Positions 1 through 8,100 of a stretch of 64,000 nucleotides of DNA are shown in pieces. Location of the stretch: the NCBI GenBank assembly GCA_017991615.1, contig JAGOQF010000001.1:53019-117018 (forward strand), given 5' to 3'. Position 1 is the stretch's first letter. The number at the start of each line of letters is the position of its first letter. The notes beneath the pieces are model-generated. The model did not search any database, was not told the origin of the DNA, and was given only the letters and a program-made list of their open reading frames with translations. Source of the DNA: Candidatus Shapirobacteria bacterium. Its GTDB lineage: Bacteria > Patescibacteriota > Microgenomatia > UBA12405. The translations under genes and the position numbers were made by a program.

Positions 1-39
1 TAGAAAAGAAGTTAATAAACTGGTAGAATATGACTGCTT

Positions 40-234
40 TGGCTCCGTCGTTCCACCAGGGCGGATCCAAGACTTAGTGGCCTAGGACTTCCGCCTTTGG
101 CGGACAATCGAGGGTTACAGATGGTGGTTAAAAATATGGCTCCGTCGTTCCACCAAGGCGGATCCAAGACTTAGTGGCCTAGGACTTCCGCCTTTGGCGG
201 ACAATCGAGGGTTACAGATGGTGGTTAAAAATAT
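40..234 (+). repeat. Two tandem ~98-bp degenerate tRNA-Glu-like units (40-137 and 138-234, one SNP apart). They share the 5' acceptor/D-arm and T-stem start with the downstream tRNA-Glu, but have a 24-nt insertion, a variant anticodon hairpin (tccgcc-ttt-ggcgga) and no 3' acceptor strand.
   Basis: Direct alignment by eye of units to each other and to the tRNA at 235-308. The variant arm cannot form a 7-nt anticodon loop. Confidence 0.8.
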
Positions 235-308
235 GGCTCCGTCGTCTAGTGGCCTAGGACTCCTGGCTTTCATCCAGGCAATCGAGGGTTCGAATCCCTC
301 CGGAGTCA
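235..308 (+). tRNA. tRNA-Glu (anticodon TTC)
   Basis: Manual cloverleaf: acceptor ggctccg/cggagtc, D-stem gtct/ggac, anticodon stem cctgg/ccagg with loop cTTTCAt, T-arm gaggg-ttcgaat-ccctc, discriminator A. Confidence 0.85.
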
Positions 309-309
309 C

Positions 310-549
310 ATGTATTATGTGTATGTATTGAGAAGCTTGAGGAGTGGAAAGTTTTATAAAGGTCAGACAGCTGATATAGATGATAGGTTGGATAGGCATT
401 TTAAAGGTCAAAGTATTGCCACTAAAAGTTTATTGCCGTTAGAGTTAGTTTTTGTTCAAATTTGTGAAAGTCGCAGTGAAGCGATGATTTTGGAAAGGTA
501 TTTAAAATCAGGAGTTGGGAGAGAATTTATAAAATATATTGTAGTCTAG
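310..549 (+). CDS. Small GIY-YIG nuclease domain protein (79 aa). It starts 1 nt after tRNA-Glu.
   Basis: N-terminus YVYVLRSLRSGKFYKGQTADIDDRLDRH matches the GIY-x10-YIG motif plus conserved Arg/His. The stop codon lies inside the downstream tRNA-fragment repeat. Confidence 0.7.
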   Translation: MYYVYVLRSLRSGKFYKGQTADIDDRLDRHFKGQSIATKSLLPLELVFVQICESRSEAMILERYLKSGVGREFIKYIVV

Positions 550-596
550 GACTTCCGCCTGTGGCGGACAATCGAGGGTTTTTATCTTGGAGTCAT
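543..596 (+). repeat. tRNA-Glu-like 3' fragment carrying the same variant anticodon hairpin (ttccgcctgtggcggac) plus a degenerate T-arm/acceptor (ttggagtca).
   Basis: Shares a ~40-nt core (taggacttccgcc-t/g-tggcggacaatcgagggtt) with the units at 40-234. Confidence 0.7.
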
Positions 597-851
597 AAAT
601 ATTTTAAGAAATGTGAAATAATGGATACAGTTTTAGGAGTGTTTTATTTTTATTTGTTATATCTTATAATATTGATTTTTTACATAATTGTTGCTATAAT
701 ATGTGATGTTTAGATATATTATTTATCAATAGCGATTAATATTATATATAAACAGAACGTTGACAATTTTACAAGCAATTTTGATCAGGTTTTATTAGAA
801 ATTAAAACTTGATTTTTAATATAAAGATGTCTTAGGTCAAAAAGAAAGGAA

Positions 852-1580
852 GTGTTTGGAGTGGTGGAAAATATTGGGTTGATGGAATTGCCGAGTGGTT
901 TATGTGAGTACCTGCGGTCTTTGCCTATGGAGGGTAAAGATGAGATTCCGGTGTATTATCGGAACAATAAAGAGGAGGTTTTTTTTGTAAGCGATTTTAT
1001 CTTAAGAGATGTAAAGACTTTTGAAAAAACTGCTGTTTCGGGCCTTTATCGAGGCGGTGGTTTGCTCAGATTACGAACTAAAAATGGTCAAGTAGTAATC
1101 TACGATGACCGTTATAAGTGGTTTCGTCTGATTGGCGGAATTGCTCATTATAGTGAGGGTTCCGATTTGTTTAAGACCGCTGTACGGGAATCAGTGGTCG
1201 AAGAATTGAGTGTACTAACTAAAAATGAAAATTTTCGGTTGGTACCAAAAGGTTTTAAGAGTTTTGTTAAAACAGAGATTCCTGGATGGGGAATTACTGT
1301 TAAAGATGTTGTCGAAACTGGTTCGTTGTTCCAACTTCAACACTTTTTCAATGATGATAATAAATCATTTGAGGTGGTGGTGGAGTGGGATTTGAGTAAC
1401 TACAATAATGGTGATTTCATAATTTTACACAATGAAGACTGGTTTCGTGGTGGACGAAGTGGGTTTACCCCTTTCGTCATAAACGAAACTGGTCTTATTG
1501 TAGGCCTATATGATGGTCGGCATGGTTATGTGCCTATGTCAGTACAGGCATTCCATCCGACGCTTAAAGCTTGCTTGTAA
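852..1580 (+). CDS. Hypothetical protein (242 aa) with a weak, non-canonical Nudix-box-like segment.
   Basis: Long ORF after an AT-rich promoter-like region. No confident family recognised. Confidence 0.4.
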   Translation: MFGVVENIGLMELPSGLCEYLRSLPMEGKDEIPVYYRNNKEEVFFVSDFILRDVKTFEKTAVSGLYRGGGLLRLRTKNGQVVIYDDRYKWFRLIGGIAHYSEGSDLFKTAVRESVVEELSVLTKNENFRLVPKGFKSFVKTEIPGWGITVKDVVETGSLFQLQHFFNDDNKSFEVVVEWDLSNYNNGDFIILHNEDWFRGGRSGFTPFVINETGLIVGLYDGRHGYVPMSVQAFHPTLKACL

Positions 1581-1584
1581 AGAC

Positions 1585-1650
1585 GGGCGACCGATATCAA
1601 AATGCATTTGCAAATTGATTATCAACGGTCGCCCTTCTTCGTTTAATTTA
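1585..1650 (+). terminator. Candidate stem-loop (gggcgaccg ... cggtcgccc, 9-bp stem with long loop) followed by a T-rich tract.
   Basis: Inverted repeat 1585-1593 / 1626-1634, then ttcttcgtttaattta. The loop is unusually long, so this is weak. Confidence 0.25.
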
Positions 1651-1723
1651 TTAATATTTAAATTAGTTGATTTTATTTTGGTTAGATATTTAATTATGAG
1701 AAGGTTTTGGAGTTGAGGTAGAA

Positions 1724-2395
1724 TTGGTGGTGGATGTCAAAATAGAACCAGGTTGGAAACAAGTTTTAGAAAAAGAGTTTAATGAGTCTTATTTTGAGGC
1801 GTTGGTGGCGTTTGTTAAGGAGGAGTATAAAAAATCAACGGTTTATCCGCCGGCAAAGTTTATTTTTAATGCTTTTGAGTTGACTCCTTTTGAGAAAGTT
1901 AAGGTGGTGATTTTGGGTCAAGATCCGTATCATGGGCCAAAACAAGCAAATGGGTTGGCATTTTCAGTAAATGACGGAATAGCTATTCCCCCATCGTTGG
2001 TTAATATTTACAAAGAAATAGAGACGGATTTGGGGATAAAGACGAAAAACAAAAATGGTAATTTGGAAAATTGGGCAAAACAAGGAGTATTGATGTTAAA
2101 TGCAACTTTGACGGTAAGAGCGGGGATGGCGGGGTCGCATCAAAATAAGGGTTGGGAGAGGTTTACTGATGCAGTGGTTAGAATTTTGTCGGAGCAAAAA
2201 GAAAATTTAGTGTTTATTTTATGGGGAGCTTACGCGCAAAAAAAAGGTAGGGTGATTGATGAAAACAAACATCTAGTAATCAAGTCAGTGCATCCCTCAC
2301 CATTGTCGGCATTCAACGGATTTTTTGGATCTAAACCATTTTCACAAACTAATGCTTATTTGATTTTTAGTGGTCAGGATCCAATTGAATGGTAA
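1724..2395 (+). CDS. ung: Uracil-DNA glycosylase (family 1 UDG)
   Basis: GQDPYH motif, LLLNATLTV-like segment and HPSPLSA C-terminal motif. Confidence 0.9.
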   Translation: MVVDVKIEPGWKQVLEKEFNESYFEALVAFVKEEYKKSTVYPPAKFIFNAFELTPFEKVKVVILGQDPYHGPKQANGLAFSVNDGIAIPPSLVNIYKEIETDLGIKTKNKNGNLENWAKQGVLMLNATLTVRAGMAGSHQNKGWERFTDAVVRILSEQKENLVFILWGAYAQKKGRVIDENKHLVIKSVHPSPLSAFNGFFGSKPFSQTNAYLIFSGQDPIEW

Positions 2396-3481
2396 TTAGG
2401 TGTAGGTTTTGACAGTTTCTTGGCCATTTAATACCCGAATAGCACCGTCACGAAGAGCTTCAAGTTCTTTTTCACCAGGGTAGACAGTGATACCAACATC
2501 AATGGTATATAAATCATGTTTCACTTTTTCAACAACTAGAGGCCAACGAACAACTCCGCCGGTTAAAATAATTTGATCAACTTTTTCACCTTCGAAGTCG
2601 GGAATTAAACAGCAAATATTTCGGGAAATACCGGCAATCATTTCGTCAACGATATCTTTTTTTTCGGCATCCAAACTAGGATATTTATTTTCAAGATCAA
2701 TCATATCTTTAGTTCCTAGAAGAGCAAATAGTCCGCCACCACCAAGAGTTTTATAACTGATTTCTTCTTTAGTATATTTGCCGGAAAAACATAAATCGAT
2801 TAACCCTTGAGCAGGAATTTGACCAGAACGTTCAGGAGTTATTGGACCTTCACCAGTAGTAGCGTTGATAACATTAATGGTTTTGCCTTTTTTGTGAGCA
2901 CCAAAGGAGAAACCGCCACCAAGATGAGCGCAGATTAAATTCAAATCTTTATATTTTTTATTGATTGATTTGGCATATTCGCGACAGACAGCTTTTTGGT
3001 TGAGAGCGTGCCAGCCGGGAGCTCTTTTTATTTCAGGAAAACCAGTGATTTTATGTTTTGGTTCAATTTCGTCAGTAGTAACCGGGTCAACGATAAAAGC
3101 TTTATCGGTGATGTTGAATTTTTTGGCAATTTCTAAGGCAATAGGAGCACCTAAATTTGAGGCATGATTGGCTTGAGGACGGTCGCGTAAATCATCAAGC
3201 ATTTTTTGATTTACTTGATAAGTTCCAGAACTAATAGGAGGTAACATGCCGCCACGACCGACAACGGCATCAAGTTGAGTAATATTTTTTTCAGTTAAAA
3301 TTTTTAGAATTTGTTCGAGGCGGTAGGGATATTGATCAAAAACGTTGCCAATTTTACCAAACTGTTGTTGGAAGTTTTGATCAATGGCATGATCGAGTTT
3401 GTGTTCAAAAACGAGATCTTCATTGTTGAACAGGGCAATTTTGGTGCTGGTGGAACCGGGGTTAATGACGAGAATTTTCAT
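2396..3481 (-). CDS. buk: Butyrate kinase / acetate-propionate kinase family (ASKHA)
   Basis: N-terminus MKILVINPGSTSTKIALF is typical of butyrate kinase. ~360 aa length fits. Confidence 0.6.
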   Translation of the reverse strand: MKILVINPGSTSTKIALFNNEDLVFEHKLDHAIDQNFQQQFGKIGNVFDQYPYRLEQILKILTEKNITQLDAVVGRGGMLPPISSGTYQVNQKMLDDLRDRPQANHASNLGAPIALEIAKKFNITDKAFIVDPVTTDEIEPKHKITGFPEIKRAPGWHALNQKAVCREYAKSINKKYKDLNLICAHLGGGFSFGAHKKGKTINVINATTGEGPITPERSGQIPAQGLIDLCFSGKYTKEEISYKTLGGGGLFALLGTKDMIDLENKYPSLDAEKKDIVDEMIAGISRNICCLIPDFEGEKVDQIILTGGVVRWPLVVEKVKHDLYTIDVGITVYPGEKELEALRDGAIRVLNGQETVKTYT

Positions 3482-4088
3482 ATTTAATAAAAATTAGTCC
3501 GAAGACGATAAAAATTAAACTTGTAATTTGAGCTAAACTTAGGACAAACACAGGAATAGTGTCTGTTCTAATAAACTCTAATATAAAACGTATTATACCG
3601 TAACTAATAAGATAAATACTGGTTTGATGACGATTAATTTTTTTGAAAATTAAATAAAGAAGGAAAAGACTAATGGATTCATATAACCAAATTGGTTGTT
3701 GATTTGGGCCATAAATTTCATGGTTGAAATAATTTCCCCAGCGACCAAGACTTTGACATAAAGGTACAATCGGAGCTAAGGTATCAGTGATTTTGAGAAA
3801 TTTAAGTTGATTCTTTTTGGCGAAAAAGTAGATAAAAATTAAACTGAAACTGAGAGCGCCAATGATACCCAGTCCCCCACCCCGGAGATTTAGAATTTGG
3901 AGAGGATTTTGAGAAAAGTAATTCCAGGCGGCAATAACACCATAAACTCTGGCGCCAATGATGCCTGATAAGATAAGCAAAAAAATGAATTTATTTTCTT
4001 TGGTTTTGGGGATGATTTGGTTATGGCGATAGAAATATTCAATGCCAACGACTAATGAAATTCCAAGTATAAACCCATAGATTGACAT
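3462..4088 (-). CDS. lgt: Prolipoprotein diacylglyceryl transferase
   Basis: Polytopic membrane protein with Lgt-like segments (GARVYGV, GRWGNYFNHEIYGP). The start ATG abuts the tRNA-like fragment at 4089-4160. Confidence 0.65.
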   Translation of the reverse strand: MSIYGFILGISLVVGIEYFYRHNQIIPKTKENKFIFLLILSGIIGARVYGVIAAWNYFSQNPLQILNLRGGGLGIIGALSFSLIFIYFFAKKNQLKFLKITDTLAPIVPLCQSLGRWGNYFNHEIYGPNQQPIWLYESISLFLLYLIFKKINRHQTSIYLISYGIIRFILEFIRTDTIPVFVLSLAQITSLIFIVFGLIFIKYENSRH

Positions 4089-4160
4089 GAGTGGGTCTGT
4101 GCGGGGCCAAACCCGCGACCAATCCCGATAAATCGGGACTGTTCTACCTGCAGACTGACA
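4089..4160 (-). repeat. tRNA-Lys-like 3' fragment (D-stem 3' strand through acceptor 3' end) with variant anticodon hairpin tcccgatttatcggga.
   Basis: Reverse complement caggtagaacagtcccgatttatcgggattggtcgcgggtttggccccgcacagacccactc aligns to tRNA-Lys at 4431-4503. It shares a 36-nt core with the copy at 4640-4675. Confidence 0.7.
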
Positions 4161-4214
4161 AGTTTATTTATAAAATTTAATTGTTTGAGAGGTAATTATT
4201 AATTTGATGATTTT

Positions 4215-4427
4215 TTAACTTTTTAGGCTTTTTAGATATTTTTCGGTTTTTAGAGCATCGGAATGATTATCAAATTTTTGGCTATATTTTAGTTTAACTG
4301 GAAGATATTTACTAGTAAATCCACTTTTACCATTTTGATGATCGTAGATTCTTTGTTTAAGATTGCGAGTGCTGCCTATATAATATTTTCCGTTTGATAA
4401 TTTTAGAATGTAAACCCAAGAGGACAT
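4215..4427 (-). CDS. Small GIY-YIG nuclease domain protein (70 aa). It starts 3 nt after the tRNA-Lys 3' end.
   Basis: WVYILKLSNGKYYIGSTRNLKQRIYDHQNG: GIY / YIG motifs, conserved Arg, His. Confidence 0.7.
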   Translation of the reverse strand: MSSWVYILKLSNGKYYIGSTRNLKQRIYDHQNGKSGFTSKYLPVKLKYSQKFDNHSDALKTEKYLKSLKS

Positions 4428-4430
4428 GAG

Positions 4431-4503
4431 TGGGTCCTGCGGGACTCGAACCCGCGACCAATTGCTTAAAAGGCAACTGCTCTACCGACTGAGCTAAAGA
4501 CCC
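4431..4503 (-). tRNA. tRNA-Lys (anticodon TTT)
   Basis: Reverse complement GGGTCTTTAGCTCAGTCGGTAGAGCAGTTGCCTTTTAAGCAATTGGTCGCGGGTTCGAGTCCCGCAGGACCCA folds as a cloverleaf. Anticodon loop cTTTTaa. Confidence 0.85.
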
Positions 4504-4740
4504 TGATTGTTAATGCGATTAAAGATTATCGCGACTGCTGTCCGACTGACCTGCCTGCCGGCAGGCAGGGCTAAAGACCCTGATTGTTAAATTTGTAGCA
4601 ATCTTTAGCGCTGAATCTGTTGATTCAGGCGACCAATCCCGATAAATCGGGACTGCTCTACCTGTTCGCAATCGCTGAAGCGATAGCTGATGCAGGCGGG
4701 CCGACTGATCTGCCTATCGGCAGACAAGGCTAAAAATTCT
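4504..4740 (-). repeat. Two degenerate tRNA-Lys-like copies (A 4504-4575, B 4576-4740) upstream of tRNA-Lys. They carry palindromic insertions: a perfect 20-nt palindrome cctgcctgccggcaggcagg and hairpins gcgat..atcgc, ctgaatc..gattcag, tctgcc..ggcaga.
   Basis: Both copies retain gggtctttagc / tcagtcgg / ttggtcgc tRNA segments interrupted by hairpins. Copy B carries the variant anticodon hairpin tcccgatttatcggga. Confidence 0.7.
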
Positions 4741-4764
4741 TAAAAATTTTAGGTGCGAAATGAC

Positions 4765-5076
4765 TTAAATAGTTTTAGCTTTTGGATTTCTAAGATAGTA
4801 TAGTTTTGATCGGCGGACTTTTGTTTTTGGTCCACGTAATTTTTTGATACTATCAATCCAAGGAGAATTAATCGGGAAAATTCTTTCAACAACCACAGCA
4901 TCTGAGGCTTGCTTTTGGACGGTGAAGTTTTTGTTGTCACCACGACCTTTGATAGCCAAAATAAGGCCATCGAAAGCTTGAAGTCTTTCTTTGTCTTTTT
5001 CTTTGATTTTGTAGTTGACCCTGATAGTGTCGCCTACAAAAAATGTCTGATCTTTGTGTGTTATTTTTATTGCCAT
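4765..5076 (-). CDS. rplS: 50S ribosomal protein L19
   Basis: GDTIRVNYKIKE...RLQAFDGLILAIKGRG...FTVQK...VERIFPINSP.IDSI matches the L19 consensus. Confidence 0.9.
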   Translation of the reverse strand: MAIKITHKDQTFFVGDTIRVNYKIKEKDKERLQAFDGLILAIKGRGDNKNFTVQKQASDAVVVERIFPINSPWIDSIKKLRGPKTKVRRSKLYYLRNPKAKTI

Positions 5077-5132
5077 AGTTTCTAAAAAATGCTTTGAAAT
5101 TATATCAAAATAAACTCTGGTAGTCTAGCAAG

Positions 5133-8100
5133 CTAGCTTGGATTTGACAAGAGGATGCTATCAATTTGTTCTTGGAGTTCTTGATTATAGTTAACACCAT
5201 AACTTAACGGCAGATTTTTACCGTTTGGCAGAATAATCAAACCGCGGTGACCGTTGGGGTTATTTTTTAGAAGACTATTTAATTTCATAAGTTGATTCTG
5301 AGTAGCAGTTTTGGGGATATTAATGACAAAGTCATATTTGCTGCTATTTTCTGGAACTTGATTGGTTAAAACATCAACTAAAATTGACGGGTTGTCATCT
5401 CTAATATTGATTTTACCTTCGATATAAACAGCTTTGTTTTCTTCTAAGAGATCTGATACTTTATCGTATATTTTTGGGAAAATGACAGCTTCGATTGAAC
5501 CAGTTTCATCTTCAAGGGTCACGAAGGCCATTTTGGCATTGTTTTTTTTAGTTAAAATAGTTTTAAATTTTTTAATAACAGCGACAGTTTTAATTGGAGA
5601 GTCATTAGGTTTTTGGCTGATTTCTTCGATTTTTGGTAGGTCAAGATCAAGGAAGGGTTGAAGAATTTTATTGATAGGATTTTCGGTAACAAAGACTCCA
5701 ATCAATTCTTTTTCCATAATTAGGCGTTGACTTTCACTCATAGGCTCAACATTAAGAAATTGATCTGGTGGAGCAGAAATTTTGTCTCCGGATTCATGAG
5801 GTGAGTCAAACAAACTAAATTGACCGCTATTTTTTTTGGAATTTAGTTTTTCGCAATCAGAACGGATTTTATCCAAGGAAGCCAAAATAGCGTTGCGTTC
5901 ACCGAACTGGTCTAAGGCACCGACTTTAATAAGGCTTTCCAAAACTCTTTTGTTAACTTTTTGACTATCAACTCTGATGCAAAAGTCACTAACGCTTAGA
6001 AAAGGACCATTTTTGTTTCTTTCAGCAAGGATATTGTCGATGGCGGCATTACCGACATTTTTGATAGCGCTTAAACCAAAACGAATAGCAGTGCCTTCAA
6101 GTGATTCTGGATTTTTCTCCATTTCAAAACCACTATCGGATTTGTTGATATCTGGTGGATTGACAATAATACCTAAGTGACGGCATTCATTGACACCATC
6201 GGTAATAGTTTCGGTATCACCAGATTCGGCAGTTAATAGGGCACACATATATTCAGCGGGAAAATTAGCTTTCATGTAGGCAGTACGGTAGGCTAACATT
6301 CCATAAGAAGCGGCATGAGCTTTGTTGAAACCGTAAGAAGTAAATGGTTCGATAAGTTTAAAAATTTCTTCAGCTTTGGTTTTGGTATAACCATTGGCAA
6401 TACAACCGGAAATGAATTTTTCTTTTTGAGCAGCCATTTCTTCGGGGATTTTTTTACCGATGGCTTTTCTAAATTTATCAACTTCAACCCAGTTGTAGCC
6501 AGCTAATTCGATGGCGGTGTACAAACAGTCGTCTTGATAGACTAAAAGTCCATAAGAACTTTGAAGGAATTTTTCCATTTTTGGGTCAAAATAAGAAACT
6601 TTAGAAGGGTCATTTTTGCGAGCAATATATTCGGGAATAATGGCCATAGGTCCGGGGCGGTAAAGAGCGACCATGGCCATAAGGTCTTCGACTCGGTTAG
6701 GTTTGAGTTCTTTGATCCATTTGGTCATACCTTCACCGGCTAGTTGAAAAACTCCCATGGTGTTGCCGCTAGATAACATATCAAAAGTTTTCTGGTTATC
6801 GAGAGGAATTTTACGGATATCGATGTCTAATCCACGGTTTTTTTTGACGTTTAAAACTGATTGACCTAGAAAAGATAAATTACGGATTCCTAAAATGTCA
6901 TATTTAATCAAGCCAACATCTTCACAGGCGTGCATTTCGTATTGAGTGATAGGTTTGTCACCACCAGTTTCGGTTTGAACTGGAGAAAAATCAGTGATAG
7001 TAGTGGGAGAAATAACAATAGCACAGGCGTGGACACTGATGTGTCGAGCACAGCCTTCAATTTGTTTAGCGGTGTCAATAATTTTTTTAGCATCAGCGTC
7101 AGTATCATACATTTGTTTAAGTTCTGGAGTGGTATTTAGGGCTTTGTCAATAGACATAGGGAAACCTTGGGAACCAAGAGGAATAATTTTACTGATTCTG
7201 TCACCAACAGCATATTCGTATCCTAAAACTCTAGCAGTATCTCGAATGGCGCCTTTGGCCATCATTCGACCAAAAGTACAGATTTGGGCGACGGCGTCTT
7301 GGCCATACTGCTCAATGATATGGTAAAGCATGCTTTGACGTTTATCGTCGGCAACATCGAGATCAATATCTGGCGGTGAAGGACGGTCTTTGTTGAGAAA
7401 TCTTTCAAAAGGGAGTTGATAGATTAAAGGATCAACAGAGGTAATACCCAAGACAAAGGCGACCAAACAACCACCAGCGGAGCCTCTAGTATTGGTGGGA
7501 GTGTTATGTTTTTCGGTCCAACAGATAAAGTCATACATAATTAAAAAGTAAGCGGCATAACCTTTGGGATTGATAACATTGAGTTCATAGTTAAGCCGTT
7601 CTTTGACTTCTGGAGTTAATTTTCCATAATGTTTCTTGGCTCGTTGAAAGACTAAATCATGAAGAGTTTCTTCAGCGGTTTTATTGGGGGGAAGTTTAAA
7701 CTTGGGAAAATACCACTTACCGAGTTCAATTTCCAATTGACATTTGTCGGCGATTTTTTGAGTGTTTTCTAGAGCGTCGGGATAATCGGCAAATTGTTCG
7801 GCCATTTCTTCGGGAGATTTGATATAGAAATCAGGAATATTAATCATAGTGAGACGCTTAGAATCGTTGATAGTGGTTTGAGTATTAATCATCATCAAAA
7901 CATCTTGAGCAAAAGCATCTTCTTTTTTGAGATAGTGAGCGTCGTTGGTGGCAACCAAGGGAATTCCTAGTTCACGGCTGATTTTGATGATACCTTCGTT
8001 AGCTTTTTCCTGGCCGTCTAGGTTAGGATGACGTTGGATTTCCAAGTAATAGTCTTCGCCAAATAAATTTTGAAAATCTTTAGCTCTGATTTTGGCTTGG

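Noticed and set aside
40-234. Tandem 98-bp direct repeats considered as a mini CRISPR array or satellite
   Set aside because: Only two units and no unique spacers. Each unit is clearly homologous to the adjacent tRNA-Glu, so they are degenerate tRNA copies rather than CRISPR repeats.
115-411. 98-aa minus-strand ORF spanning the tandem repeat units and tRNA-Glu
   Set aside because: It lies antisense across the tRNA and the two near-identical 98-bp units. The apparent ORF is a by-product of the repeats, and its protein has no recognisable features.
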